DNA of 64,000 bases. Source: Escherichia phage LH2. Below, one piece after another: positions 19,107 to 29,300 of this stretch (position 1 is its first letter; each line of letters opens with the position of its first letter). The position numbers were made by a program, and so were the translations under genes. The stretch lies in sequence record OQ378934.1; one strand, given 5' to 3'. The notes beneath the pieces are model-generated. The model made no database searches and was not told where the DNA came from. It saw nothing but the letters and a program-made list of their open reading frames with translations.

Positions 19107-19636
19107 TCAAATAATCCAATAATATTGCCAATTCCGGTTATTGGACCATTAGGGCCAGGAATTGCTAAAGTTGTAAAAATATCATTTGCCCATTTTAAAA
19201 CGAATGCTGGCATCTCAAGAAAATTAATTTCTTTAACTTCATCATTGACCTTAAGCAAGCACTTGGATAACATATCGCTCACCGTTAAAAATTGTTCAAA
19301 TTTTCCAGGAGGTCTAAAATAAAATGTATTTCCTTGGTATTGAAATTCCAATCTTTGGCATACATAAACATCATTAATGTCATAAGTATAACCATCTATT
19401 TCTTTACGAGATTTAATTTTTCCATTAAATTCCAATAAATGAATAGAAACGAAATCAACTTCTGCCGGTGATAAATTTGGACAAATAGAATCAATAAGAA
19501 GTTTTAAATTTTCATCGGGTCCTTTAACATCTTTTAAAATGTTATAATGTTTAAGACCCATTTTAGGAATAGAAACTTCTTTATTGCTTATTGGAAGAAC
19601 TACTTTCTTCAGTGGTAGTATCAGATTTAAATTCAT
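19103..19636 (-). CDS. 28: Baseplate hub distal subunit gp28, 177 aa
   Basis: Size and synteny. Confidence 0.7.
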   Translation of the reverse strand: MNLNLILPLKKVVLPISNKEVSIPKMGLKHYNILKDVKGPDENLKLLIDSICPNLSPAEVDFVSIHLLEFNGKIKSRKEIDGYTYDINDVYVCQRLEFQYQGNTFYFRPPGKFEQFLTVSDMLSKCLLKVNDEVKEINFLEMPAFVLKWANDIFTTLAIPGPNGPITGIGNIIGLFE

Positions 19637-20756
19637 TTTTAACCTTAACTGGGTCTATTGTTTCCAGTTTCGTTGCATTAGTGAACATATATAGATGAGT
19701 TACTGAATTATTATTGGATAATTCGTGGATAACTTCATCAACGTAAAATTCTGTTTTAAATTGGTTTTTACTATCATTAAAAATAATTTTAACGCCAGGG
19801 GTTAAGTTAAAATTACCGACAGTAGAACATTTAGCATAGCCATCGTATTGTGCCATAGTTTGAAGACGAATAGCTTCTTCATATCCATTCCTATAAGTCA
19901 TTTCAGAATAAGCACCTGACCTTGACACTACAATAGAGTTTTCGCCTTTTCCTGTAGTAATCATTGGCAATGAAGAATCTAAAAATGAATGCGCATAGAT
20001 AGTAGCGTTTTTCATTGGGTCGCGTTTGTGAGGATTCGATTTAGTCAACCAAACGAAATCATATGCTAATGGATATTTTAATTCTTGGATGAATTGACCT
20101 ATTAAAGATGGCTCACCGACAATCATTGGATACGGTTCTTGATTTATCATCATATCATAGTCCATCATGTTAACTCCCATGATGTCTTGCCATACAAATA
20201 CAAATTTGTCACTTCCTACAGCTAGAGCAACTTCTCTGACATACGACAAATAGTTTTCAAATGTACTAGTCCACGGAATATCAGGAACATAAGCATTTAT
20301 AGCATTTATCGCTGGAGTTAATAGCGTGCGGTCTTGATAAATGACACCAAGCATTTCCTTTATAGATTCACCTGCATCAGGGAAAAACGGTCTGCCAAAT
20401 TTAAGATTTTCTATAGAATGAATAGTTCCCAATTCAATAGCAATGATGTTATCACCTTTTGAATCTACTGACACTGAAAAATGCTTACATCCATAAATTC
20501 TTGTTTTAACATTATTAATATCGTTTGCATTAGCTACAGAAATCTGAATTATTTCATTTCCATCCATTTTTGTATGGATATTTTTAGAATCATAAAACTG
20601 CAGCATTCCTTCATTTCGGCCATAAAGAGAATCCCGCATAGTTAATGTTGTAATAGTAGCAGCTAATTCAACAAATCTATTATTACTCCAAGCGTCGTAG
20701 CTATCAAACAATTTAACGCTGAGATTTGGATATCCTGGGCGTTGCAACATACTCAT
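19581..20756 (-). CDS. 27: Baseplate hub subunit gp27, 391 aa
   Basis: Size and synteny. Confidence 0.75.
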   Translation of the reverse strand: MSMLQRPGYPNLSVKLFDSYDAWSNNRFVELAATITTLTMRDSLYGRNEGMLQFYDSKNIHTKMDGNEIIQISVANANDINNVKTRIYGCKHFSVSVDSKGDNIIAIELGTIHSIENLKFGRPFFPDAGESIKEMLGVIYQDRTLLTPAINAINAYVPDIPWTSTFENYLSYVREVALAVGSDKFVFVWQDIMGVNMMDYDMMINQEPYPMIVGEPSLIGQFIQELKYPLAYDFVWLTKSNPHKRDPMKNATIYAHSFLDSSLPMITTGKGENSIVVSRSGAYSEMTYRNGYEEAIRLQTMAQYDGYAKCSTVGNFNLTPGVKIIFNDSKNQFKTEFYVDEVIHELSNNNSVTHLYMFTNATKLETIDPVKVKNEFKSDTTTEESSSSNKQ

Positions 20757-21505
20757 TATTGTTTATCCTTCTCAATCAGTTTTAATACGAATCCGCGCTC
20801 GGCAGGAATCATTTTCATTATTGAATTTAAGCTATAATTACTTTTTACGAGTGTGTGATTAATTTGATAAAAAGTAAATATCTCATCTGGGTTAACTAAT
20901 AGCTTAAACACATCTACTATATCAGTGTATTTTTTTACATACTTATCACAGCAGGACATGTGTAGCGTTAAATTAATAGGATTCATTGCATCAAGAATTT
21001 TTTCTAATGTTTCTATCTCGATGGCATCAACAAGTTCTATTTGACTTGATTCACTAATTTCCTTCCAATCATACCATGTTTCATCTACTTGAACAGAATG
21101 AATATTTTCAGTAATCATCTTTGCTTTATTTTCATAAAACTCAGAAGGAAACTTTAATTTAATTTTAACATTAGCTACATCAAAAACAGGTTCCTTTAGT
21201 TCTTTTTGATATATTTCAAATGGAACTGTCTTTTCTTTTTTACATTTTGGACATACAAATGTGACCGGTACTTTAGTTTTACCTATTGACCCTACAAATA
21301 CCTGCAAAAATATAAATGGCTGCCAAGTCTTCGGATAGTCTCCAAAATAATCGGCAATTAAATCAGCAATTATTTCTTTTTGTTCTTGTGGTGACCGATG
21401 TTCTATATCGTTTCGAACTAACAAAAAATCTCGATAATCTTCTACCGTAAATGGTTTAAAACGATGAACACCATCTGGTAATTTACAACGAATAATGTTT
21501 GCCAT
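20756..21505 (-). CDS. 51: Baseplate hub assembly catalyst gp51, 249 aa
   Basis: Size and synteny; late promoter upstream. Confidence 0.7.
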   Translation of the reverse strand: MANIIRCKLPDGVHRFKPFTVEDYRDFLLVRNDIEHRSPQEQKEIIADLIADYFGDYPKTWQPFIFLQVFVGSIGKTKVPVTFVCPKCKKEKTVPFEIYQKELKEPVFDVANVKIKLKFPSEFYENKAKMITENIHSVQVDETWYDWKEISESSQIELVDAIEIETLEKILDAMNPINLTLHMSCCDKYVKKYTDIVDVFKLLVNPDEIFTFYQINHTLVKSNYSLNSIMKMIPAERGFVLKLIEKDKQ

Positions 21506-21522
21506 AGATGCTCCTTTTATTC

Positions 21523-21536
21523 TATTTATAAATATG
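21523..21536. promoter_or_regulatory. Overlapping divergent late promoters (TATAAATA on both strands) for gene 26 (+) and gene 51 (-)
   Basis: tatttataaata: + strand tataaata at 21527-21534; reverse complement of 21523-21530 also reads tataaata. Confidence 0.5.
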
Positions 21537-21555
21537 ATAAATAAAGGAGCTAAAT

Positions 21556-22182
21556 ATGTATGAATACAAATTTGACGTGAGAGTTGGTTCTAAAATAATC
21601 AACTGTCGTGCATTTACTCTTAAAGAATATCTAGAACTTATTACTGCTAAAAAGAACGGTTCAGTCAAAGAGATTGTTAAAAAGCTAATCAAAGACTGCA
21701 CAAATGCAAAAGATTTAAACCGCCAAGAATCAGAACTACTGCTGATTCATTTATGGGCACATTCTCTTGGAGAAGTTAATCACGAAAACTCCTGGAAGTG
21801 CACCTGTGGAACTGAAATACCAACCCATATAAATCTATTACATACACAAATAGATGCACCAGAAGACCTCTGGTATACACTGGGTGACATTAAAATTAAG
21901 TTCCATTACCCTAAAATTTTTGATGATAAAAACATAGCCCACATGATAGTATCATGTATAGAAACAATTCATGCTAACGGTGAAAGCATTCCAATTGAAG
22001 ACTTGAATGAAAAAGAGTTGGAAGATTTATATTCTATCATCACAGAGTCAGATATTGTAGCTATAAAAGATATGCTTTTAAAGCCTACTGTTTATTTGGC
22101 TGTTCCAATTAAGTGTCCAGAGTGTGGAAAATCTCACGCTCATGTAATAAGAGGACTCAAAGAATTCTTTGAGCTATTGTAA
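21556..22182 (+). CDS. 26: Baseplate hub subunit gp26, 208 aa
   Basis: Size and synteny. Confidence 0.7.
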   Translation: MYEYKFDVRVGSKIINCRAFTLKEYLELITAKKNGSVKEIVKKLIKDCTNAKDLNRQESELLLIHLWAHSLGEVNHENSWKCTCGTEIPTHINLLHTQIDAPEDLWYTLGDIKIKFHYPKIFDDKNIAHMIVSCIETIHANGESIPIEDLNEKELEDLYSIITESDIVAIKDMLLKPTVYLAVPIKCPECGKSHAHVIRGLKEFFELL

Positions 22183-22580
22183 TGGCAAATATTAATAAGC
22201 TTTATTCTGACATTGACCCAGAAATGAAAATGGATTGGGACAAAGACGTTTCCAGATCTCTTGGATTAAGGTCAATTAAAAATAGTCTTTTAGGAATTAT
22301 TACAACCAGGAAAGGGTCAAGGCCATTTGACCCAGAATTTGGATGCGATTTATCTGATCAGCTTTTTGAGAATATGACTCCTCTTACGGCTGATACAGTT
22401 GAGCGTAACATTGAAAGCGCAGTAAGAAACTACGAGCCACGTATTGATAAATTAGCAGTTAATGTAATACCGGTTTATGATGATTATACTCTGATAGTAG
22501 AAATACGCTTTTCGGTCATCGATAATCCTGATGATATTGAGCAGATAAAACTGCAACTGGCTTCTAGTAACAGAGTATAA
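22182..22580 (+). CDS. 25: Baseplate wedge / sheath initiator gp25, 132 aa
   Basis: Size and synteny; ATGG overlap with gene 26. Confidence 0.75.
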   Translation: MANINKLYSDIDPEMKMDWDKDVSRSLGLRSIKNSLLGIITTRKGSRPFDPEFGCDLSDQLFENMTPLTADTVERNIESAVRNYEPRIDKLAVNVIPVYDDYTLIVEIRFSVIDNPDDIEQIKLQLASSNRV

Positions 22581-22606
22581 TGCTTCACGTGTAAACGTGG
22601 TATAAT
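22581..22606 (+). promoter_or_regulatory. MotA-dependent middle promoter of uvsY (MotA box TGCTTCA, 13 nt spacer, TATAAT); corresponds to the region known in T4 as replication origin oriF
   Basis: tgcttca 22581-22587; tataat 22601-22606. Confidence 0.6.
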
Positions 22607-22646
22607 GAATCTAAGTCCATCCAATAACAATTGAATAGAGAACAAT

Positions 22647-23060
22647 ATGAGATTAGAAGATCTTCAAGAAGAATTGAAGAAAGATGTGTTTATAGATTCG
22701 ACTAAATTACAGTATGAAGCAGCTAATAATGTGATGTTATATAGTAAATGGCTTAATAAGCATTCAAGTATTAAAAAGGAAATGCTTAGAATTGACGCAC
22801 AGAAAAAAGTTGCTCTTAAAGCTAAATTAGACTACTACTCGGGACGAGGAGATGGTGATGAATTTAGTATGGACCGTTATGAGAAATCAGAAATGAAGAC
22901 AGTTCTATCAGCTGATAAGGATGTTTTAAAAGTTGATACTTCATTACAATATTGGGGAATTTTATTAGATTTCTGTAGCGGAGCTCTTGATGCTATTAAA
23001 TCACGTGGATTTGCTATTAAGCATATTCAAGACATGCGAGCATTTGAGGCTGGAAAATAG
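22647..23060 (+). CDS. uvsY: UvsY recombination mediator, 137 aa
   Basis: MRLEDLQEELKKDVFIDSTKLQYEAANNVMLYSKWLNKH... matches T4 UvsY. Confidence 0.9.
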   Translation: MRLEDLQEELKKDVFIDSTKLQYEAANNVMLYSKWLNKHSSIKKEMLRIDAQKKVALKAKLDYYSGRGDGDEFSMDRYEKSEMKTVLSADKDVLKVDTSLQYWGILLDFCSGALDAIKSRGFAIKHIQDMRAFEAGK

Positions 23061-23071
23061 TGAGGTTAATT

Positions 23072-23185
23072 ATGAAAGAAAATATTAGTAAGATTCTTGA
23101 TGAGATGGTGATTTCTGCTAATCGTATTACGGAAATCGTTAATGAAATGAAAGCCAGAGCAGCTGTTATGAAGGCTAATAAATAG
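23072..23185 (+). CDS. uvsY.-1: Small ORF (uvsY.-1-like), 37 aa
   Basis: SD gagg 6 nt upstream; between uvsY and the next small ORF. Confidence 0.35.
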   Translation: MKENISKILDEMVISANRITEIVNEMKARAAVMKANK

Positions 23186-23209
23186 ATATATAATTCAGAG
23201 GAGACAATC

Positions 23210-23377
23210 ATGTCAGATAAGATTTGTGTTGTCTGTAAAACTCCAATCGATTCTGCATTGGTTGTTGAAACAGACAAAGGTCCTGTACATCCTGGGCCTT
23301 GCTATAATTACATTAAAGAACTACCAGTTTCAGAAAGTTCGGAAGAACAATTAAATGAAACACAACTTTTGCTATAG
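23210..23377 (+). CDS. uvsY.-2: Small zinc-ribbon-like ORF (uvsY.-2-like), 55 aa
   Basis: SD gaggag upstream; CVVC...HPGPC motif. Confidence 0.4.
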   Translation: MSDKICVVCKTPIDSALVVETDKGPVHPGPCYNYIKELPVSESSEEQLNETQLLL

Positions 23378-23400
23378 TGTGACCTTTAGTCTATAGTTTT

Positions 23401-23430
23401 GGCCCTTCCTTTTTGGTTGGGCCTTTTTTT
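23401..23430 (+). terminator. Intrinsic terminator (ggccc...gggcc hairpin + T7 run) ending the uvsY operon
   Basis: G/C stem followed by ttttttt. Confidence 0.55.
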
Positions 23431-23433
23431 AAT

Positions 23434-23676
23434 TTAAAAGCTTTCTTCTACTTCATCGTCTGAATCTTCTAATTCAGCTCTTTTTCCTGCCAAAGCATCT
23501 CTCACAGAGATGTCATCAGTATCTTTTAATTCAGTTTCTTTAACTCTTTTCTTATAATAAGCTTCAAGTTCTTCTAGACCTTCTAATGTTTGGCAAGAGG
23601 CAATTTTACCCATAAATTCATCAATAGAAGCTTCATAAAGAAATTGTTTAAATTCTAGTAACATCTTTTTCTCCAA
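23434..23676 (-). CDS. uvsW.1: UvsW.1 small helicase-associated protein, 80 aa
   Basis: Acidic small ORF directly downstream of uvsW on the same strand. Confidence 0.5.
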   Translation of the reverse strand: MEKKMLLEFKQFLYEASIDEFMGKIASCQTLEGLEELEAYYKKRVKETELKDTDDISVRDALAGKRAELEDSDDEVEESF

Positions 23677-23689
23677 AGGGCCGAAGCCC

Positions 23690-25198
23690 TTATAAATTAA
23701 CTGTTTTCATTACGTAATTAAATTTTTCATCTGCGTAGCGCTGAATACGATCAATGCCGTGTTTTAAAAGATAGTTCAAATGCGAGTATTTTTTAGAAGA
23801 TGTTTTTGATTTAGAAACTACGCCCGCGTCATCTATGAGGTCCCAGACCGTTGCGATTGTTTTAGAACCATGCTTACGTAATACGCGACCTATTGTTTGC
23901 AATACAATAATTTTAGATTTAACACCGTGCGCTAAAACAACGTGATGCAGATTTTTAACTGAAATACCAGTAGAAAATACACCATAACTCGCTACTATAA
24001 TTATTCCTTTACCATTTTCAGCTAAGGTTTTCATTATATTGCGGGTTTCGGTATCAACTTCCCCTGATACGTAATAAACTTTATCGTATTCATTTTTAAT
24101 TAAATCGAAAATAGCTTTACCGTGCGATACATGTTTAAACATGACAAAAGCGTTTTCATCTTTTTGTGCAAGCTTAATAGCTAATTTAGCGATCCATTTA
24201 TTTCTTTTACTGAGCCCAGTAATAATTTTTATTTCTTCTTGGTAAGTTTTTCCCTTTAATTTAGTAGTGAACTCATCGGGATAGCGAAGAAAAATACTAT
24301 TAATTTTTAGCTCAGTTACTTGTCCATCTTCCATTAATTTAGAAGTCGTTACTGGCTTAAATATTTCACCAAACATTCCAACATACTGCATGATATTGGC
24401 TTTGCCATCACGTAATGAACCGGACAAACCAAATTTAAACATGCAGTTATTTAAACCTGATATGATAGATGAAATACTTTTTCCTGTAGCAAGATGGCAT
24501 TCATCATTCATCATCATTCCAAACTGTGAGAACCATTCTTTCGGTTGTTTTACTACAGTTTGCCATGTACCAACAACGACTGGTGCATCATTTTTATATT
24601 TATCATCTTTTGATGCTCCACCACCAATTTTCTTTATCATTGCATGACTGAATAAACGATAGTCAACAAAGTCATCAGCCATCTGAGTTGTCAGAGCAGT
24701 TGTTGGAACAATGATAAGAATTTTACCTTCATAATTTTCCAAATAATATCGAGCAAGCAAAGCTTGAATTAAGGATTTACCTGCGGATGTTGGAAGATTA
24801 AGAATTCTACGACGATTAACTAATCCTTCGAACACTGCATCTTTTTGATACCAATGCGGTTCAATTCTTTTATTTCCTGAATAGATTTCTAATTTAGAAA
24901 GCCATTCATCAAAATCTTTTCTTGATAATTCTTCTTTTTCGTTAATCTGTGGGTCAATCCAGGCTTTATAGCCAAAGTTATCACAGAACTTTTTAATTTG
25001 CCCGACTAAGCCGAATGGAAGAAGACGATTATAATCTAAAAGACGGATTCGTCCATCCCAGTTGCCATATCTGAAGCGAGGATTAAACCTATATCCATCG
25101 GCCTCAAACGAAAAGAAATCTCTTAATTCGTGGAACGTGCTCTCTTCACAATCGATGCGTACATGACTGAAGTCGTGAAAATGTACTTTAATATCCAT
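23690..25198 (-). CDS. uvsW: UvsW RNA-DNA and DNA-DNA helicase, 502 aa
   Basis: Walker A NLPTSAGKS, DECH box, SF2 helicase motifs; matches T4 UvsW. Confidence 0.9.
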   Translation of the reverse strand: MDIKVHFHDFSHVRIDCEESTFHELRDFFSFEADGYRFNPRFRYGNWDGRIRLLDYNRLLPFGLVGQIKKFCDNFGYKAWIDPQINEKEELSRKDFDEWLSKLEIYSGNKRIEPHWYQKDAVFEGLVNRRRILNLPTSAGKSLIQALLARYYLENYEGKILIIVPTTALTTQMADDFVDYRLFSHAMIKKIGGGASKDDKYKNDAPVVVGTWQTVVKQPKEWFSQFGMMMNDECHLATGKSISSIISGLNNCMFKFGLSGSLRDGKANIMQYVGMFGEIFKPVTTSKLMEDGQVTELKINSIFLRYPDEFTTKLKGKTYQEEIKIITGLSKRNKWIAKLAIKLAQKDENAFVMFKHVSHGKAIFDLIKNEYDKVYYVSGEVDTETRNIMKTLAENGKGIIIVASYGVFSTGISVKNLHHVVLAHGVKSKIIVLQTIGRVLRKHGSKTIATVWDLIDDAGVVSKSKTSSKKYSHLNYLLKHGIDRIQRYADEKFNYVMKTVNL

Positions 25199-25200
25199 AA

Positions 25201-25818
25201 TTATGCCTTACTAAATTTGCCTTTAGAGTCTCTTTTCATGAGACGACCTTTAATAAATCCGTCGGGAATAATACCGTCTGGTTGTATTAATTTATTTATT
25301 GCTCCATTATTGACCCAAAAAGTTCCTGTGGTAGTCGGTTTGACTTTACATCCTTTTCTGGACTTTCTATTAAGATGAACCATCCCTTTTACAAATCCTT
25401 CTGGAACAAGTTCTCCAGGTTTAATAAAAATATTTTTAGTTCCATTAGTGTAACAAGTTGTACCTAATACCGTGCCCGGTGAGTTTTCAAATCTCTTAGC
25501 GGAAGATTCTTTCATCTTTGCTATAACCTCTGCAGTCATAACAATTCCACCAATTCCACCAGGTTTCATATTATAATAATTTTTGCTTTTTATTAGTTCA
25601 GGAGTTATAATTTCTTCTTCATACATGTACGCTTCTTCGGAAGTTTTAAACTCTTTTAGTATTGTTCTAGAGAAATTCTTTTCACCATATTTCTTTATAG
25701 CCTGCTGAATTGCCTTACCGGAACCAAGGTAGCCATCATTCAAGTCATCAGTAGAGTGTTTTCCTATATACTTTTTACCATTTATTAGATTTGTCGTTTC
25801 ATATACAAAGTGATACAT
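25201..25818 (-). CDS. segE: GIY-YIG homing endonuclease (SegE-like), 205 aa
   Basis: HFVYETTNLINGKKYIGKH...GYLGSG...EEE...NMKPGG: GIY-YIG catalytic motifs; position between uvsW and hoc region as reported for T4 segE. Confidence 0.6.
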   Translation of the reverse strand: MYHFVYETTNLINGKKYIGKHSTDDLNDGYLGSGKAIQQAIKKYGEKNFSRTILKEFKTSEEAYMYEEEIITPELIKSKNYYNMKPGGIGGIVMTAEVIAKMKESSAKRFENSPGTVLGTTCYTNGTKNIFIKPGELVPEGFVKGMVHLNRKSRKGCKVKPTTTGTFWVNNGAINKLIQPDGIIPDGFIKGRLMKRDSKGKFSKA

Positions 25819-25846
25819 ACTATTTTCCGAGTAATAAATATATCTA

Positions 25847-25854
25847 TATTTATA
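25847..25854 (-). promoter_or_regulatory. Late promoter TATAAATA (minus strand) upstream of the segE-like gene
   Basis: Reverse complement of tatttata at 25847-25854, about 29 nt from ATG. Confidence 0.4.
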
Positions 25855-25867
25855 CTGAGGAAATATT

Positions 25868-26548
25868 ATGATAGATAAAGATTATATTGCAGAGCTGAAG
25901 GCTCTTGATGATAATAAAGAAGCTAAGGCTAAATTAGCTGAATATGCTGAACAGTTTGGTATAAAGGTCAAAAAGAATAAATCTTTTGATAATATCGTTA
26001 TTGATATTGAAGAAGCCCTCCAGAAGCTCGCTAGTGAACCTATGCCAGAGACTGATGGGTTATCTATTAAAGACTTAATCAATGCTGCTGATGCCGCAGA
26101 GGGGTTAAAATATGACGATGAAGAAGTCAATCCAGAGGCAGCACTTCTGATTGATTCTCCGGTTAAATCTGATATTAAAATTGAAGTAGTCGAAACGGAT
26201 AAAATTCCCGAAAATACCGATGTTTTGATTGAAGATACTCCTTTTGTTGAAGAAAAATTCGAACAGGCTATAACTGAGATTATTGAATCTGAAAAGCCGT
26301 CTGTATTTACTCTTCCGGAAAACTTTAGTCCTAATCTTCAGCTGATTGGAAAAAATCCAGGATTCTGCACTGTTCCTTGGTGGATTTATCAATGGATTGC
26401 TGAAACTCCGGATTGGAAATCTCACCCAACTAGTTTTGAACACGCGTCGGCACATCAAACTTTATTTAGCTTAATTTACTACATTAACCGTGACGGATCA
26501 GTTCTAATTCGTGAAACACGCAATTCTTCTTTCGTAACATTAAAATAA
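25868..26548 (+). CDS. inh: Acidic protein, 226 aa; possibly Inh (inhibitor of prohead protease gp21)
   Basis: Position immediately upstream of hoc and size; no catalytic motifs recognised. Confidence 0.4.
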   Translation: MIDKDYIAELKALDDNKEAKAKLAEYAEQFGIKVKKNKSFDNIVIDIEEALQKLASEPMPETDGLSIKDLINAADAAEGLKYDDEEVNPEAALLIDSPVKSDIKIEVVETDKIPENTDVLIEDTPFVEEKFEQAITEIIESEKPSVFTLPENFSPNLQLIGKNPGFCTVPWWIYQWIAETPDWKSHPTSFEHASAHQTLFSLIYYINRDGSVLIRETRNSSFVTLK

Positions 26549-26557
26549 GGATAACTT

Positions 26558-27688
26558 ATGGCTTTTACAGTTGATATAACTCCTAAAACACCTACTGGAG
26601 TTATAGATCAGACCCAGCAGTTTACTGCTACACCCAGTGGTCAAACTGGAGATGGACCTATTACATATGCTTGGACTGTAGATGATGTTCCACAAGATGG
26701 AGCTGAAGCAACTTTTAATTATGTACTAAAAGGACCTGCCGGTCAAAAAACTATTAAAGTAGTTGCAACAAACCCAGTTCCAGATACTGATGCTGAAACA
26801 GCAGAAGCTACTACAACTATCACAGTTCAAAATAAGACACAGACAACTACCTTGGCAGTAACTCCTGCTAGTCCTGCTGCTGGAGTGATTGGAACTCCGG
26901 TTCAATTTACTGCTGCCTTAGCTTCTCAACCTGATGGAGCGTCTGCCACGTATCAGTGGTATGTAGATGATTCACAAGTTGGTGGAGAAACTAACTCTAC
27001 ATTTAACTATACTCCAACTACAAGTGGAGTAAAAAGAATTAAATGCGTAGCCCAAGTAACTGCAGAAAATTATAATGAAAAGGAAGTTACTTCTAATGAA
27101 GTATCACTGACTGTTAATAGGAAGACAATGAATCCACAGGTTACATTGACTCCTCCTTCTATTAATGTTCAGCAGGATGCTTCGGCTACATTTACTGCTA
27201 ATGTCACTGATGCCCCGGAAGAAGCGCAAATTACGTATTCATGGAAGAAAGATTCTTCTCCTGTAGAAGGATCAACTAATGTATACACCGTTGATACATC
27301 ATCTATTGGAAGTCAAACTATTGAAGTTACTGCAACTGTTACAGCAACTGACTATGATAGCAAAACTATTACAGCAGAAGGTCAAGTTCAGGTAACTGAT
27401 AAAGTTGCTCCGGAACCGGAAGGTGAATTGCCTTATGTTCATCCTCTTCCACATCGTACTTCAGCTTATATCTGGTGCGGTTGGTGGGTTATGGATGAAA
27501 TCCAAAAAATGACTGAAGAAGGTAAAGATTGGAAAACTGACGATCCAGACAGTAAATACTACCTGCATCGTTACACTCTCCAGAAGATGATGAAAGACTA
27601 TCCAGAAGTTGATGTTCAAGAATCGCGCAATGGATACATCATTCATAAAACTGCTTTAGAAACTGGTATCATCTATACCTATCCATAA
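26558..27688 (+). CDS. hoc: Hoc, highly immunogenic outer capsid protein with tandem Ig-like domains, 376 aa
   Basis: MAFTVDITPKTPTGVIDQTQQFTATPSGQ...; repeated approximately 90 aa Ig-like modules; length as T4 Hoc. Confidence 0.85.
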   Translation: MAFTVDITPKTPTGVIDQTQQFTATPSGQTGDGPITYAWTVDDVPQDGAEATFNYVLKGPAGQKTIKVVATNPVPDTDAETAEATTTITVQNKTQTTTLAVTPASPAAGVIGTPVQFTAALASQPDGASATYQWYVDDSQVGGETNSTFNYTPTTSGVKRIKCVAQVTAENYNEKEVTSNEVSLTVNRKTMNPQVTLTPPSINVQQDASATFTANVTDAPEEAQITYSWKKDSSPVEGSTNVYTVDTSSIGSQTIEVTATVTATDYDSKTITAEGQVQVTDKVAPEPEGELPYVHPLPHRTSAYIWCGWWVMDEIQKMTEEGKDWKTDDPDSKYYLHRYTLQKMMKDYPEVDVQESRNGYIIHKTALETGIIYTYP

Positions 27689-27692
27689 TCTT

Positions 27693-27712
27693 AGGGGCTT
27701 CGGCCCCTTTCT
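27693..27712 (+). terminator. Intrinsic terminator (aggggc-ttcg-gcccct + T-rich)
   Basis: 6 bp G/C stem with UUCG loop after hoc stop. Confidence 0.65.
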
Positions 27713-27776
27713 TCATTTTGAAAGCACACAAAACACAATCAGAAAATGATGTATATAATGGCACCAACTCGATAAC

Positions 27777-27992
27777 ATGAGATTGATTATGAGAACTGAG
27801 GTTGTGGTGTTTACTCTTCATGAGTCTGGAAAGTCATTCATTGAAATTGCTCGTGAATTGAACTTACAGGCGAAAGAAGTGGCTGTATTATGGGCTCGAG
27901 CTATGACTGCTAAAAATAAATTTGAGACTCGAGAAAAAGTTGTCTATAGAAAAAGACATATTAATAAAAAGGTGAAAAATGGAACAGTATGA
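27777..27992 (+). CDS. 24.3: Small helix-turn-helix-like protein (24.3-like), 71 aa
   Basis: SGKSFIEIARELNLQAKEVAVLWARA resembles an HTH DNA-binding motif. Confidence 0.4.
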   Translation: MRLIMRTEVVVFTLHESGKSFIEIARELNLQAKEVAVLWARAMTAKNKFETREKVVYRKRHINKKVKNGTV

Positions 27993-28257
27993 TCTTTATG
28001 AAAATGAATCTTTTGCTAATCAATTACGCGAAAAAGCACTTAAAAGTAAACAGTTTAAACTAGAGTGTTTTATTAAAGATTTTTCGGAACTTGCTAATAA
28101 AGCAGCTGAACAAGGTAAAACATATTTTAGTTATTATTGCACTACTCGCGATAAATTGATTACTGAAGAAATTGGTGATTGGCTGAGAAAAGAAGGATTT
28201 AGCTTTAAAGCCAATAGTGATCAGCGTGATGGTGATTGGTTAGAAATTACATTTTGA
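27979..28257 (+). CDS. 24.2: Hypothetical protein (24.2-like), 92 aa
   Basis: Coupled ORF upstream of rnlB. Confidence 0.4.
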   Translation: MEQYDLYENESFANQLREKALKSKQFKLECFIKDFSELANKAAEQGKTYFSYYCTTRDKLITEEIGDWLRKEGFSFKANSDQRDGDWLEITF

Positions 28258-28266
28258 GGATTAATT

Positions 28267-29271
28267 ATGTTTAAAAAATATAGCAGTCTTGAAAATCATT
28301 ACAATTCTAAGTTCATTGAAAAACTTTACAGTTTAGGATTGACTGGCGGCGAATGGGTAGCTCGTGAAAAGATTCATGGCACAAATTTCTCACTGATTAT
28401 TGAACGCGATAAAGCAACTTGTGCTAAACGTACTGGACCGATTCTTCCTGCTGAAGATTTCTTTGGGTATGAAATTATTCTAAAGAATTACGCTGATTCC
28501 ATTAAAGCAGTACAAGATATTATGGAAACTTCGGCAGTTGTATCTTATCAAGTCTTCGGCGAATTCGCTGGACCTGGCATTCAGAAGAATGTCGATTATG
28601 GTGATAAAGATTTTTATGTATTTGACATTATTGTTACTACAGAAAGTGGTGATGTGACTTATGTCGATGATTATATGATGGAATCATTCTGTAATACATT
28701 CAAATTTAAAATGGCTCCACTTTTGGGTCGTGGTAAATTTGAAGAACTTATTAAATTGCCAAATGATTTAGATTCTGTCGTCCAGGATTATAATTTTACA
28801 GTAGACCATGCTGGATTAGTTGATGCAAATAAATGCGTTTGGAATGCCGAAGCAAAAGGCGAAGTATTTACTGCTGAAGGATATGTATTGAAACCTTGTT
28901 ATCCTTCTTGGATGCCTAATGGCAATCGTGTCGCTATTAAATGCAAGAACTCTAAATTTAGCGAAAAGAAAAAGTCTGATAAGCCTATTAAAGCTAAAGT
29001 TGAGTTGTCAGAAGCTGATAATAAATTGCTGGGAATTTTAGCTTGCTACGTTACACTGAACCGAGTAAATAATGTTATTTCTAAAATTGGCGAAATTGGT
29101 CCAAAAGATTTTGGAAAGGTGATGGGACTAACTGTTCAAGATATTTTGGAAGAAACTTCTCGTGAAGGTATTACTTTAACTCAAGCGGATAATCCTTCTT
29201 TGATTAAAAAGGAATTAGTTAAAATGGTACAAGATGTACTTCGTCCGGCTTGGATTGAATTGGTAAGTTAA
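28267..29271 (+). CDS. rnlB: RNA ligase 2 (Rnl2, gp24.1), 334 aa
   Basis: Nucleotidyltransferase motif [11 protein letters not shown] (KxHG), length as T4 Rnl2. Confidence 0.9.
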   Translation: MFKKYSSLENHYNSKFIEKLYSLGLTGGEWVAREKIHGTNFSLIIERDKATCAKRTGPILPAEDFFGYEIILKNYADSIKAVQDIMETSAVVSYQVFGEFAGPGIQKNVDYGDKDFYVFDIIVTTESGDVTYVDDYMMESFCNTFKFKMAPLLGRGKFEELIKLPNDLDSVVQDYNFTVDHAGLVDANKCVWNAEAKGEVFTAEGYVLKPCYPSWMPNGNRVAIKCKNSKFSEKKKSDKPIKAKVELSEADNKLLGILACYVTLNRVNNVISKIGEIGPKDFGKVMGLTVQDILEETSREGITLTQADNPSLIKKELVKMVQDVLRPAWIELVS

Positions 29272-29275
29272 ATAA

Positions 29276-29297
29276 AAAGGGACCTTTCGGTCCCTTT
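29276..29297. terminator. Bidirectional terminator hairpin (aaagggacc-tttc-ggtcccttt) between convergent rnlB and gene 24
   Basis: Perfect 9 bp stem flanked by A-run upstream and gttttatt downstream. Confidence 0.7.
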
Positions 29298-29300
29298 GTT

